Below are positions 51,620 through 61,472 of a stretch of DNA of 64,000 nt, piece by piece. This DNA comes from Nitrospirota bacterium (lineage in GTDB: Bacteria > Nitrospirota > JACRHJ01), in the NCBI GenBank assembly GCA_021784575.1, contig JAJYHX010000001.1, positions 23,280 to 87,279 of the forward strand. The letters run 5' to 3'. Below the pieces are notes generated by a model. It was given only the letters and a program-made list of their open reading frames with translations, was not told the DNA's origin and did no database searches. Position 1 is the stretch's first letter; every line of letters begins with the position of its first letter. The position numbers and the translations under genes were made by a program.

Positions 51620-51714
51620 TATTTTTTCCTCATGCTCCCCAGCACCCTGCCTCCGAAGAGGAATATCACGATAAGGAAGACGATGAGCAGTATCTCGGAC
51701 GGCGCAATATCCAT
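51620..51714 (-). CDS. Candidate 31-aa single-TM peptide with a TatA-like N-terminus.
   Basis: Not in the ORF track. 'MDIAPSEILLIVFLIVIFLFGGRVLGSMRKK'. Its ATG lies 5 nt downstream of the queC stop. The 'LLFG..KLGS' TatA hinge motif is only partly matched. Confidence 0.25.
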
Positions 51715-51718
51715 GAAG

Positions 51719-52399
51719 TTATTCCTTGCCTCTTTCGGCCTCTCTGAACCCTTTTTCCCTCAACAGGCAACTGTCGCACCTGCCGCAGGGCGTCCCGTCC
51801 GGCGCGGGGTCGTAGCAGGAATGGGTAAGCGAGTAGTCCACTTTAAGTTTCCTTCCGAGCCTGACAATCTCCGCCTTGGTCATCTTTATGAGCGGCGCGC
51901 GTATTTTGAATTTCGCCCCTTCGACGCCCGCCTTCGTGCCGAGGTTCGCCGTCCTCTCAAACGCGCGTATGAACTCCGGGCGGCAGTCCGGATAGCCGGA
52001 GTAGTCGAGCGCGTTAACGCCGATGAATATGTCGTGCGCGCCCGAGGCTTCCGCGAACGCGAGGGCAAGCGAGAGGAATACCGTGTTCCTGGCCGGGACG
52101 TATGTGACGGGGATGCCGGAGCCGATTTCTTTGGCCTTTCGGCCCTTCGGGACCGATATGTCCGACGTGAGCGCGGAGCCGCCGAATTTCCGCAGGTCTA
52201 TTTTTATCACCAGGTGTTCCTTCGCGCCAAGGGCCTTTGCGACCTTCCTTGCGGCCTTTATCTCGAAGCGGTGCCTCTGCCCGTAATCGAACGTGACGGC
52301 GTGGCATTCGTAACCCTTCGAGATTGCATAAGCGAGCGTTGTCGCGGAGTCAAGCCCGCCGGAGAGAAGGACGACGGATTTTTTAATATCTTTAACCAC
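51719..52399 (-). CDS. queC: 7-cyano-7-deazaguanine synthase.
   Basis: '[12 protein letters not shown]' PP-loop, and a C-terminal zinc motif 'CGRCDSC'. Confidence 0.9.
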   Translation of the reverse strand: MVKDIKKSVVLLSGGLDSATTLAYAISKGYECHAVTFDYGQRHRFEIKAARKVAKALGAKEHLVIKIDLRKFGGSALTSDISVPKGRKAKEIGSGIPVTYVPARNTVFLSLALAFAEASGAHDIFIGVNALDYSGYPDCRPEFIRAFERTANLGTKAGVEGAKFKIRAPLIKMTKAEIVRLGRKLKVDYSLTHSCYDPAPDGTPCGRCDSCLLREKGFREAERGKE

Positions 52400-52468
52400 G
52401 TGAGTTTTGCATCGCCCAAAAGCTAAGAAAAATTATAAGCCCTAAACTTGGCAACACTATTCGCCCTT

Positions 52469-53899
52469 CTATGAAAGAGGGGCCGGGGGAGATGGTGGTT
52501 TTTTCTTTCTCCGCCTATTGCGCTTTTTTGCCTGCTCGCCTGGCTGCCCCGCGCCGGGATTTGCGGCAGGCGGCTGTCCGCCTTCTTTCTTTGCGCCTCC
52601 TCGCCGTCCGCCGCTGGCAGCAGACCGGCCCCGGCCCCGCCTTCTCTCCTCCAGGGCGGCCCGTTCTTCGCGCCTTTGCCTATCGCGCTCAAGGGCGGCC
52701 TTTATTTCCTCCGGAGTCCGCTTTTTTTCGCGTATGAACAGTCCTTCGTCCGGCCAGACGACGGGTATCTTCATCCCGATGTATTTTTCTATCGGCTCCA
52801 GGCCGAATACGTATTCCTCGTCGGCGAACGAGAACGCCTTGCCCGTCGCGCCCGCGCGGGCCGTCCTGCCTATCCTGTGGACGTAGTCCTCCGGGTCCTG
52901 CGGGAGGTCGTAGTTGAAGACATGCGTTACGCCCTCTATGTGCAGACCGCGGGAGGCCACGTCCGTCCCGATGAGTATCGGAAGCTCTCCCGCCTTGAAT
53001 TCGCTTAATATCCTGAGGCGCTTCTTCTGCGGGATGTCGCCGGAGATCATGTTCGCGGGATAGCCGTTCCGGTTCAGGCGTTCGACGAGCTTCTCGGCCT
53101 CGCGCTTCGTGTTCACGAACATCATCGAGCGCGGGGGCGCCTCCTTTTTCAGAAGCCCCAGGAGCAGGCTGAATTTCTCGTGCCGCCCGACGTGGAAGAG
53201 CGACTGTTCCACCTTCTCCACCGTGACCTGCTCCGGGTTTATCTCGATCTTGCCGGGGTTGTTCATGTGCTCGTACGCAAGCTCCATGACCCGGAAGGAA
53301 AGCGTCGCGGAAAACAGCATCGCCTGCCGCCTGTCGAACGGGGGCATACGCCTTAGCATGTAGCGGATGTCGGCGATGAAGCCCATATCGAACATTCTAT
53401 CGGCCTCGTCCACGACGGCAATCTCGATATGTTTAAGCGAGAGGTGTTTCTGCTTGAAGTAGTCTATGAGCCTGCCCGGAGTCCCGACCAGGAGGTCTAC
53501 GCCCTTGTCCAGCTCGTCCTTCTGTTTTTGGTAATCGACGCCGCCATAGACGGCGAGCATCCTGAGGCCCGTGTGCGCGCCGAGGATTTTTGCGTCTTCG
53601 AGTATCTGGACGGCAAGCTCGCGCGTAGGCGCGATGACGATGGCGCGCGGCGCGCGCGCCGAGGCCGGTTGACCTGCCTGGACGGCGGCGGACGGGGACG
53701 AAGGCGGGCCAAGCCTGTTGAAGATTGTAATAAGGAATGCCGCGGTCTTGCCCGTGCCGGTCTGGGCCTGGACGGCGGCGTCCTTGCCCCCGAGCGTTAC
53801 GGGCAGCGCGGCCTCCTGCACGGAGGTGAGGGATGTGAACCCGGCGTCCTTTATGCCAAAGAGCACTTCGGGCCGGAGGTTTAGTTGGTCGAATTCCAT
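52469..53899 (-). CDS. DEAD-box ATP-dependent RNA helicase (RhlE-like, with a basic C-terminal tail).
   Basis: Q-motif 'FTSLTSVQ', 'AQTGTGKT', 'DEAD', 'SAT', 'HRIGRTARAG', and an Arg/Lys-rich C-terminus. Confidence 0.9.
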   Translation of the reverse strand: MEFDQLNLRPEVLFGIKDAGFTSLTSVQEAALPVTLGGKDAAVQAQTGTGKTAAFLITIFNRLGPPSSPSAAVQAGQPASARAPRAIVIAPTRELAVQILEDAKILGAHTGLRMLAVYGGVDYQKQKDELDKGVDLLVGTPGRLIDYFKQKHLSLKHIEIAVVDEADRMFDMGFIADIRYMLRRMPPFDRRQAMLFSATLSFRVMELAYEHMNNPGKIEINPEQVTVEKVEQSLFHVGRHEKFSLLLGLLKKEAPPRSMMFVNTKREAEKLVERLNRNGYPANMISGDIPQKKRLRILSEFKAGELPILIGTDVASRGLHIEGVTHVFNYDLPQDPEDYVHRIGRTARAGATGKAFSFADEEYVFGLEPIEKYIGMKIPVVWPDEGLFIREKKRTPEEIKAALERDRQRREERAALEERRRGRGRSAASGGRRGGAKKEGGQPPAANPGAGQPGEQAKKRNRRRKKKPPSPPAPLS

Positions 53900-54077
53900 A
53901 AGCAGGAATACATTTTACACGAATAGGAGATTATTGCAAGCATACCTTGAAAAAACGCCGGTTTGACCGGTATCGGGAAGCCTGATATTATATTTTATTA
54001 TCTTTGGCGGGAGAAGCTGCCGGCCCCTTGCGCGTGTCGGGGCCCCTGAATCTTTGCGCTAACCACGGAATAGAATA

Positions 54078-55400
54078 ATGTATCCCATAGGCCATTCCGC
54101 TACGGCTTTGATACTCAAAGAGAAGTTTCAGCTTTCGAGGACATGGCTGCTGTTGCTCGCGGTTCAGTTGCCCGGGTTTCTGTGGGTTGCCATGCAGTTT
54201 GCCGGGATGGAGCGCCGCGTCGGGTATCCGCGTTTCGCCCTTGCCGTGTTGGCGCTTGGTGTTGTGTCGTGGGCGGTTCTGAAGATGGCGTTTAAGAGGC
54301 CCGTGATGAGCCGGGCCTTCGGCATAGGGATAGTCTCGTATGTCGTCCTTGATTTTGTCACCGGCGTGCCGTATACGCGCATGGCGTCTTTTGGCGGGGC
54401 GGGGACAGGCCTGTATTCAGTGCCGGTTCTGGCCGCTGCCGCGGAAACGGGATACGGCGTAATATGCTGGCGTATTTGCAGGGGCCGAAAAGCCCTGCTC
54501 GCGGTGGTTATAATATTCAATCTGCTCGACATGCCGCTTGTTTTCCGCCTCCCGGCAGTTACGTCTTTCTTTGCGGTGCATCCCCTGGCGGCGCCGTCGG
54601 CGATGTTTTTGCAGATACTGGCATCGTCCTTCTTCGTGTGGCTGTTTTCCGGAAAGCCGCTCTCGAAAATGACCGCCTCGGAAATAAAGCAGGAGGTATC
54701 CAAACGCTACGGAAATGTGGCGTCGGCCCCGTCGCTGGGCTATAACTTCCCCCTGGGCCGCAAGTTCGCCGAGAGCCTGGGCTATCCACCCGAGCTTCTG
54801 GACAGCCTTCCGCCCGGCCTCTGGAAGTCCTTCACCGGCGCAGGCAATCCGCATGGGTTCGTGCGGGTAAAGCCGGGCGAGACGATTCTCGACATGGGTT
54901 GCGGTGCGGGACTCGACCTCTACATCTACTCGTGCGGTGCGGGGCCTTCCGGCAAGGTTTACGGTCTCGACATCTCCGGCAACATGATAAGGAAGGCCGG
55001 TTTGAACATGGCGGCGGTCGGTGCGTCGAACGTGGAGCTTCTGCACGCCCCGTCGGACAAAATACCTCTTCCGAACTGCTCTGTCGATATAGTCACGGCG
55101 AACGGCATATACAACCTCTCGCCGGACAAGGACGCCGTGATGCGCGAGGTATACCGGGTGCTTAAGCCGGGCGGCAGGACGACCTTCGCGGAGATAATGC
55201 TTACCGCGCCTTTCGCGCCGGGCGAGCAGAGGAGCCTTGACGACTGGTTCAAGTGCATCGGCGGCGCGTTGACGAAAGAGGAGTTTCTCCTGCGGATGTC
55301 GGGACACGGGTTCAGGGATGTCAAGCCGCTCTGGGCCGGCAGGAACGCCCGCACGGGCCACAGGCTCGCGGTATCCGCCGTTATAACAGCGGTCAAGTAG
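54078..55400 (+). CDS. Fusion protein: N-terminal polytopic membrane domain (~230 aa) plus a C-terminal class I SAM methyltransferase resembling arsenite methyltransferase ArsM.
   Basis: Motif I '[20 protein letters not shown]', '[14 protein letters not shown]', '[15 protein letters not shown]', '[10 protein letters not shown]', and 'WFKCIGGAL'. The three cysteines sit at positions matching ArsM As(III)-binding cysteines. Confidence 0.55.
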   Translation: MYPIGHSATALILKEKFQLSRTWLLLLAVQLPGFLWVAMQFAGMERRVGYPRFALAVLALGVVSWAVLKMAFKRPVMSRAFGIGIVSYVVLDFVTGVPYTRMASFGGAGTGLYSVPVLAAAAETGYGVICWRICRGRKALLAVVIIFNLLDMPLVFRLPAVTSFFAVHPLAAPSAMFLQILASSFFVWLFSGKPLSKMTASEIKQEVSKRYGNVASAPSLGYNFPLGRKFAESLGYPPELLDSLPPGLWKSFTGAGNPHGFVRVKPGETILDMGCGAGLDLYIYSCGAGPSGKVYGLDISGNMIRKAGLNMAAVGASNVELLHAPSDKIPLPNCSVDIVTANGIYNLSPDKDAVMREVYRVLKPGGRTTFAEIMLTAPFAPGEQRSLDDWFKCIGGALTKEEFLLRMSGHGFRDVKPLWAGRNARTGHRLAVSAVITAVK

Positions 55401-55464
55401 CCGCCTCGGCCCGCCGTTAAATCTCTGTTTGAAAAATGAGCCGGTTTCGTGTTATTTTGGCGTT

Positions 55465-56118
55465 ATGACAGACTCCGGCCTCCCGAAGGCAATCACCCTC
55501 ATAAAAAAGGCCGTCTCCAAATGGAAGACGCCCGCGGTAACGGAGATTGCAAAAGAGAAAGACCCGTACCGCGTCCTTGTCTCCTGCATCCTGAGCCTAA
55601 GGACGCAGGACAGGACGACCGAAGCGGCGTCCGCAAGGCTGTTTTCTCTTGCAGGCTCGCCGCTTGATATGTCGAAGCTCACGGAAGACGAGATTATGCG
55701 CGCGATATATCCCGTCGGATTTTACAGGACGAAGGCCGGGACAATACGAATGATAAGCGAGAGGCTCCTTAAGGATTACGGCGGGCGCGTCCCGGATACG
55801 ATGGATGAGCTTCTCGGTCTTCCCGGGGTGGGCAGAAAGACCGCGAACCTTGTGGTTACAATGGGCTATGGGCTGCCCGGCATTTGCGTGGACACGCACG
55901 TCCACCGCATAACCAACCGGTGGGGATACGTCAAGACAAAGACGCCGGAGGAGACGGAAAAGGCGCTCCGAAAGAAGCTTCCGAAGAGGTATTGGCTGGA
56001 AATCAACGACCTGCTCGTAACCTTCGGGCAGAACCAGTGCAGGCCCGTCTCGCCCTTTTGCTCCACATGCCCGGTGAAGGCGTTTTGCGGGCGTGTCGGC
56101 GTGACGGTATCGAGGTGA
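55465..56118 (+). CDS. nth: Endonuclease III.
   Basis: HhH-GPD '[13 protein letters not shown]', 'DTHVHRI', and the [4Fe-4S] cluster '[17 protein letters not shown]'. Confidence 0.85.
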   Translation: MTDSGLPKAITLIKKAVSKWKTPAVTEIAKEKDPYRVLVSCILSLRTQDRTTEAASARLFSLAGSPLDMSKLTEDEIMRAIYPVGFYRTKAGTIRMISERLLKDYGGRVPDTMDELLGLPGVGRKTANLVVTMGYGLPGICVDTHVHRITNRWGYVKTKTPEETEKALRKKLPKRYWLEINDLLVTFGQNQCRPVSPFCSTCPVKAFCGRVGVTVSR

Positions 56119-56174
56119 AGGGCCTGGTGTGCAGGGGGGAGCGGCAGGCGGATGGATGTCGGGCGCGCGGCGCC

Positions 56175-56552
56175 TTACATTTCCAGGGCTATGGGGCCTT
56201 CGGCCTCTTTGGAATCCTTGAGGCGGCCAAGCTCCCTGTCGTGGTGCGGGAAAACAAGAACCCTCTCCATGGAGTGCCGGACGGCCATCTCGATTAAAAT
56301 CCAGGGAGAGCCGAGCTCCTTGTCCTGCTTGTTGTCCGGGCTGACAAGATGGTAATGCGGGGGAAGGGTGTTCAGGGCGAGCGCCGCAGCATCCAGCCGG
56401 CATTGCCGGCACCGGCAGAACCTGCCGTCCTCCGCCAGGACCTTGTCTATGAAGTGCATGACCCTGCCGTAGTTGGCGTTCTCTATCATCTCGGCGGTAT
56501 CGCCTTTCATGCCCATGTTTGCGGGTTCCCGGCTTTTTAAACGGTAAGTCAT
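56175..56552 (-). CDS. ComFB-family protein.
   Basis: 'FCRCRQCRLDAAALALNTLPPHY' (C-x-C-xx-C plus the ALN.LPP.Y signature). The true start may be the internal Met at about 56516. Confidence 0.55.
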   Translation of the reverse strand: MTYRLKSREPANMGMKGDTAEMIENANYGRVMHFIDKVLAEDGRFCRCRQCRLDAAALALNTLPPHYHLVSPDNKQDKELGSPWILIEMAVRHSMERVLVFPHHDRELGRLKDSKEAEGPIALEM

Positions 56553-56776
56553 GGTGTTCTCGTTTCTTGCCTTTTGATATTAGCAAAAAGCATACCAGGT
56601 ATTAAATCCGAATTAAATTTGATTTATCCGCTTGTATTTATAAAGATTATTGAAAAACAAGCCGAAATCGGGCAAGTTTGGCATGAGCGAAAGCGCGCAC
56701 CGATACGTGGTGAGGCTGGAAGTTTTCCATCAAGGAAATTATGATATGGCTATTGCCATGCGCGTTATGATAAGAT

Positions 56777-57556
56777 TTGTCTTTGGCAATTTTAGAGACA
56801 TCGGGGGAAAACATGGACAGGCCGGAGAAGGACAGGGCGATGGACGGGCTGGCGGAATTCATGGAGAGGAAGTTCGGCGAGAACCTTATTGCGCTCTACG
56901 AGTTCGGCGAGGGCGCCTGCGTGGACTGGGAGGGCAGCGGGCTGAAGATACTCGCCGTATTAAAGACCCTCGGGACGCGGGAGCTCCGGGTTCTCTCGGA
57001 GGACAGGCGCAAATGGGAAAAGAACGGCCTGCCCGCGCCGCTCATGCTCACAAAGGAGACGCTTCTCTCCTCCACGGACGTATTCCCGATGGAGTTCCTG
57101 GAGATGAAGGAGGCGAACAGGCTCGTATACGGGAAGGAGGACGTCCTATCCGGTCTTGACATCCCTCTTTCGAACCTGCGGCTTCAGCTTGAGACGCAGG
57201 CGACCGGCAAGCTCATCCATCTCCGGCAGTCCTATATCGACGCCGCCGGGGACAAGAAAAGGCTCGCCCATCTCATCGCCGTGTCCATAGAGCCGTTCAC
57301 GGAGGTTATGAGAAACGCGCTCCGGCTTCTGGGAAAGCCCGCGCCCGTGGACAAGGGCGAGATTATACGGTCTTTCTGCGCCGAGTCGGGTATCGACCCG
57401 GTGCCTTTCAACCAGGCCCTGGAGATCAGGCGGGAGATGGGGCGGTCGGGCGGCGGGAAGGTAAATCTCGACCTTGACGGCCTTGAGGAGCTGTTTTCGG
57501 GCTACATGGGGGAGATAGGCAGGATGGCGGAAAAAATTGACAGGAACTTCAGTTGA
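56777..57556 (+). CDS. Hypothetical protein (259 aa). No family recognised.
   Basis: A long ORF with GC-typical codon usage, in a divergent promoter arrangement with the ComFB-like gene. Confidence 0.4.
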   Translation: MSLAILETSGENMDRPEKDRAMDGLAEFMERKFGENLIALYEFGEGACVDWEGSGLKILAVLKTLGTRELRVLSEDRRKWEKNGLPAPLMLTKETLLSSTDVFPMEFLEMKEANRLVYGKEDVLSGLDIPLSNLRLQLETQATGKLIHLRQSYIDAAGDKKRLAHLIAVSIEPFTEVMRNALRLLGKPAPVDKGEIIRSFCAESGIDPVPFNQALEIRREMGRSGGGKVNLDLDGLEELFSGYMGEIGRMAEKIDRNFS

Positions 57557-57591
57557 GCATAAATTACCAAAAAGATAACGGTCTATATCTT

Positions 57592-58362
57592 ATGTTTAAA
57601 TTAATAAAATATCTTCTATTCCTTCTGTTGTTTCTTCTGCCCATCACGGCGAACGCCGCCGTCGTGGGGCAGTTCCCGAAGCCCGTGGGCTTTGTGAACG
57701 ACTTCGCAAACGTTATTCCTCCCGCGCAGTCGCAGTCGATGGAGCAGTATCTCCGGGCGCTCAATCAGCGCACCGGCGCGCAGGTCGCGGTCGTAACCGT
57801 CCCGAACATAAAGGGCTATGCCGGGCCGGAGGAATACGCGGTCGATCTGTTCTCGGCCTGGAAGATAGGCCGGAAGGGGAAGGACAACGGCCTGCTCGTC
57901 CTCCTCGCCATGAAGGAGAAGAAGGTCAAGATTGAGGTCGGATACGGTCTTGAGGGCGCGATAACCGACGGCGACTGCGGGATTATAATCCGGCAGGTGA
58001 TGGTGCCGTATTTCCGGGCCGGCCGGTTCGGGGACGGGCTTATGGCCGGTGTCCAGGCCCTGGCCGCGAAGATTCCGCCCGGCGGGGCAAAGCCTCCTCC
58101 GCACAGGGATGCGAGGAAGATGTTTTCAGGCGTTTTGTTCCTCGCGTTCGTTCTCTTTATCGCCGTCCAGTTCCTGCTCCCCGGCGGAGGCTTCTGGGGC
58201 CGGTCGGGCGGCAGCGGGTTTACCGGCAGGCGCGGCGGCGGGGGCTTCGGCGGGCCTTTCATAGGCGGCTTTGGAGGCGGCGGCGGAGGGGGTTTCGGAG
58301 GCGGATTCGGAGGCTTTGGCGGCGGCATGTCCGGCGGCGGCGGGGCGAGCGGGGGATGGTAA
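57592..58362 (+). CDS. TPM-domain (YgcG-like) protein with a signal/TM segment and a Gly-rich C-terminal tail.
   Basis: 'VNDFANVI', 'QYL..L...TGAQVAVVTV', 'LLVLLAMKEKKVKIEVGYGLEGAITD', and a tail of GGFGGG repeats. Start set at the ATG at 57592 (MFKLIKYLLFLL...). Confidence 0.7.
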   Translation: MFKLIKYLLFLLLFLLPITANAAVVGQFPKPVGFVNDFANVIPPAQSQSMEQYLRALNQRTGAQVAVVTVPNIKGYAGPEEYAVDLFSAWKIGRKGKDNGLLVLLAMKEKKVKIEVGYGLEGAITDGDCGIIIRQVMVPYFRAGRFGDGLMAGVQALAAKIPPGGAKPPPHRDARKMFSGVLFLAFVLFIAVQFLLPGGGFWGRSGGSGFTGRRGGGGFGGPFIGGFGGGGGGGFGGGFGGFGGGMSGGGGASGGW

Positions 58363-58385
58363 AACACATGAAAGGAAATTAACTC

Positions 58386-59264
58386 TTGGACGACAAGAAA
58401 TCAGCCGAACTGAAAAAGAAAATCGAAGAGGGGCACGAGCTCCTGATGAAGCGGGAATACAGGAAGGCAAGGCAGGCGTTCGACGAGGCGATACGCATCG
58501 ACGACAAGAACGCCCGCGCGCACGCGGGGAAGGCCAACGCGCTCTTCGGCCTTGAGGAGCTTGAGAAGGCCGTAGGCGAGATGGAGAAGGCGCTCGCGCT
58601 CGACCCGGAAGACCACGAGATACTCGACAACTACGGCGCGTATCTCTTCAACATGGGAAAGCACAAGGAGGCCCTTGGCGTCGCGGAGCGGCTTGTGCAG
58701 ATGGCCCCGGACGACCCGGACGCCTGGTATAAGCTGGCTTCCGTCCGCGAGGAGCTTGGCGAGATGGACGCGGCGCTTGAGGCGTATAACAAGACATTGT
58801 CGCTTTCGCCTGATTTCCTCGACGCGCTGAAGGACAAGGCCGGTCTGCTTGAGAAGGCCGGTAGGCTAAAAGAGGCGGCTGAAGCGTTTACGGCGGCTTC
58901 GGAGATAGCCCCCGGCGAGCCATATTTCTTAAACTGCGTCGGCCAGATAATGGGGAGGCTCGGGAATTACGACGAGGCGCTTTCCGCCTTTGAAAAGGCG
59001 CAGGCCGCGGACCCTGAGGATGAATACGCAAAGAACGGCTTCGCCGCCGCCCTTGCGAAACTCGGACGGCTTGAGGAGGCCCTTGCCGCCTTCGAGAAGA
59101 ACATAGCGTCCAACAAGGACGACCCGTTCGCGTGGGACGGAAAGAGTTTTGTGCTGAAGATTATGGGGCGGGTCGAGGAGTCCGAAAAGGCCGATGCGGA
59201 GGCCAGGAAGCTTTTCCGCATACAGGATAGTTTGGAGAAGGGCACGTTCGGCGGCAACGCGTAA
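58386..59264 (+). CDS. Tetratricopeptide-repeat protein.
   Basis: Multiple 34-aa TPR-like units ('AR.AF..A...D..NA.A..G.A....L...EKA'). TTG start. Confidence 0.7.
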   Translation: MDDKKSAELKKKIEEGHELLMKREYRKARQAFDEAIRIDDKNARAHAGKANALFGLEELEKAVGEMEKALALDPEDHEILDNYGAYLFNMGKHKEALGVAERLVQMAPDDPDAWYKLASVREELGEMDAALEAYNKTLSLSPDFLDALKDKAGLLEKAGRLKEAAEAFTAASEIAPGEPYFLNCVGQIMGRLGNYDEALSAFEKAQAADPEDEYAKNGFAAALAKLGRLEEALAAFEKNIASNKDDPFAWDGKSFVLKIMGRVEESEKADAEARKLFRIQDSLEKGTFGGNA

Positions 59265-59276
59265 GGAGAACTCGAG

Positions 59277-59852
59277 ATGAACAAGACCTTGATTGCGGTA
59301 TTGGCCGTCCTGGGCGCGATAGTCCTGACGGCCTTGATTGCCGGCGGGAGCGTAATTTCCACGCGCAACCGGCTTGTAACGATGAACGAGGCCATAAACG
59401 CCCAGTGGAGCCAGGTGGAGAACCAGCTCCAGAGGCGAAACGACCTGATACCGAACCTGGTGAATACCGTAAAGGGCTATGCCGGCCACGAGAAGTCGAT
59501 ATTCGAGGACATCGCGGCGGCGAGGGCTAAGATGGCCGGGGCCGCGACAAGACAGGACAAAATGGACGGCTCCAACCAGATGACCGGGGCGCTCTCAAGG
59601 CTCCTGATGGTGGTGGAGAATTACCCGAACCTTAAGGCCGACCGGAACTTCTCCCAGCTCATGGACGAGCTTGCCGGGACGGAGAATAGGATTGCCGTGG
59701 AGCGGATGCGCTATAATAACCTTGTGCGGGACTATAACGCCTCGCTTCGGCGTTTCCCGGACAACATGATCGCCTCGATGTTCAACCTTCAGCCGGCGGC
59801 ATACTTCAAGGTGCCGGCATCGGCGGCGGCGGTGCCTAAGGTGCAGTTCTGA
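59277..59852 (+). CDS. LemA-family protein.
   Basis: N-terminal TM, 'NEAINAQWSQVENQLQRRNDLIPNLV', 'RRFPDNMIA'. Confidence 0.85.
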   Translation: MNKTLIAVLAVLGAIVLTALIAGGSVISTRNRLVTMNEAINAQWSQVENQLQRRNDLIPNLVNTVKGYAGHEKSIFEDIAAARAKMAGAATRQDKMDGSNQMTGALSRLLMVVENYPNLKADRNFSQLMDELAGTENRIAVERMRYNNLVRDYNASLRRFPDNMIASMFNLQPAAYFKVPASAAAVPKVQF

Positions 59853-60352
59853 TGAAGAAGATTGCGGTATATCCCGGCACGTTCGACCCTATAACCAACG
59901 GGCACGTGGACCTTGTCAAGCGCTCCCTGACGCTCTTTGACAAGGTCATCGTCTCCGTCGCCCCGAACGCCCGGAAAGAGCCGCTCTTCTCCGCGGAGGA
60001 GCGCGTGAAGATGATACGGGAGGCGACCGCGGGCATGAGCGGGCGGGTGGAGGTGGAGATATTCGAGGGCCTGCTTGTGGAGCACGTGAAGCGGAAGGGC
60101 GCGAGCGTAGTCGTCCGGGGCCTTCGGGCGGTGTCGGATTTCGAGTTCGAGCTTCAGATGGCGCTGATGAACAGGCACTTAAGCCACGAGGTCGAGACGG
60201 TTTTCATGATGCCGTCCGAGGAATATTCATACACGTCCTCTACGGTCATAAAGGAAGTCGCCGCCCTGGGCGGAGACGTCTCCGGGCTCGTCCCGGACTG
60301 CATAATCCCATACCTCAGGAAGTCCCTCGGCCCGAAACGCCGGGTGAAGTAG
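59852..60352 (+). CDS. coaD: Phosphopantetheine adenylyltransferase.
   Basis: 'AVYPGTFDPITNGHVDL', 'FMMPSEEYSYTSSTVIKE'. Confidence 0.9.
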   Translation: MKKIAVYPGTFDPITNGHVDLVKRSLTLFDKVIVSVAPNARKEPLFSAEERVKMIREATAGMSGRVEVEIFEGLLVEHVKRKGASVVVRGLRAVSDFEFELQMALMNRHLSHEVETVFMMPSEEYSYTSSTVIKEVAALGGDVSGLVPDCIIPYLRKSLGPKRRVK

Positions 60353-60468
60353 CGCTGGCGTCGGCAATCGCAGGGGCTTAAGTTTATTATTACGCCCGCG
60401 CGCCCCATTGCTTCATGCAGGGCGCGGCTCCCCGGGCCCTCCGAAGTCCCTGGGTTTGCCCCGCCGCG

Positions 60469-60846
60469 TCACTTCATGGAATGAAGCCCCAGTCGGTTGC
60501 CCTCGCTGTCCTGGAAGTGCGCGATGAAGCCGTAATCCCCAATGGATGTCTTCGGCATGAGCGTCCTGCCGCCGTTCGATTCCACCCTGTCGAGCGTGTC
60601 CTCTATGTCCTCCACGGACAGGTATATCAGAATGCCCCTGTGCGAGGGCGCGTGGGACTCTCCCTTCACCAGCGCCCCGGAGGCCCCGTAAGCGTTTGAG
60701 GCCATCGGGAAGAAGGCCATTTTAATCCTCTCGAAATCGTTTACAGACAGTTCGACATTCAAGACCGATTCATAAAAAAGCCTGGCCCTGTCGAGATCGT
60801 GCACCGGTATCTCGAACCAGCCGGCAATATTTGTTTCGCCAGCCAT
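60469..60846 (-). CDS. VOC (glyoxalase/bleomycin-resistance) family protein.
   Basis: 'WFEIPVHDLDRARLFYESVL' and 'DSEGNRLGLH'. Confidence 0.7.
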   Translation of the reverse strand: MAGETNIAGWFEIPVHDLDRARLFYESVLNVELSVNDFERIKMAFFPMASNAYGASGALVKGESHAPSHRGILIYLSVEDIEDTLDRVESNGGRTLMPKTSIGDYGFIAHFQDSEGNRLGLHSMK

Positions 60847-61056
60847 TTCATAACCCTCCGCATTTATGTCCTGATTTATATTGTAATCCCTGGAGCGGGT
60901 TTAGGGCAAGGGGCGTCAGGCCGGGAAACCCACCGCCTCGCGCGCGCATTTGGCGGCACAACCCGCGCGGCCGTGTTGACGTTTTCTCATATCTGTTATA
61001 AATTAATTGCAGTAGTTCGGCCCGTTTTGAATCCACTCTATTCCGGAGGCGGCAAA

Positions 61057-61455
61057 ATGGAACACGAGCGTAACATGAGACATTTTCTGTTTATTTTCTT
61101 TGCGGCTGCGGCGATAGTGCTCACCTCCTGCGCGCACGAGGAGATGGCGGCGGGGCCGGTAAACGCGAACGTGGTTGCGAAGACGGGCGACAAGGTGCTG
61201 CTGTTTCACGGCGGGACGGTGGAGGCGAAGAAGGTCTTCTGCCCCGGCGAGATAATCACCGCATACCGGTATACGACCCCGTATGCGCCTCAATATAGCG
61301 CGACGGAGGCGGCGACAAAGCCGGTCGGCAAGGTTCAGCTCGGCAGTTATATCGGAGAGCATTACATCGACGCGAAGGTTGTCGATGGGGACGTGAAGAC
61401 GGGCGACATCGTGGAGAAGGGCTCCGCGGCCTGCCTCGTGATGCCGGAAAGATAA
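61057..61455 (+). CDS. Putative lipoprotein (132 aa).
   Basis: Signal peptide plus lipobox 'FLFIFFAAAAIVLTSC'. GGAGG RBS 8 nt upstream. The longer track ORF from 60799 is an upstream extension overlapping the VOC gene. Confidence 0.5.
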   Translation: MEHERNMRHFLFIFFAAAAIVLTSCAHEEMAAGPVNANVVAKTGDKVLLFHGGTVEAKKVFCPGEIITAYRYTTPYAPQYSATEAATKPVGKVQLGSYIGEHYIDAKVVDGDVKTGDIVEKGSAACLVMPER

Positions 61456-61472
61456 CGGGACTCAGCGGTTAA

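Noticed and set aside
55597-56586. 329-aa minus-strand ORF spanning nth and the ComFB-like gene.
   Set aside because: It is Arg/Pro-rich, overlaps two motif-supported genes on both strands, and has no motifs of its own.
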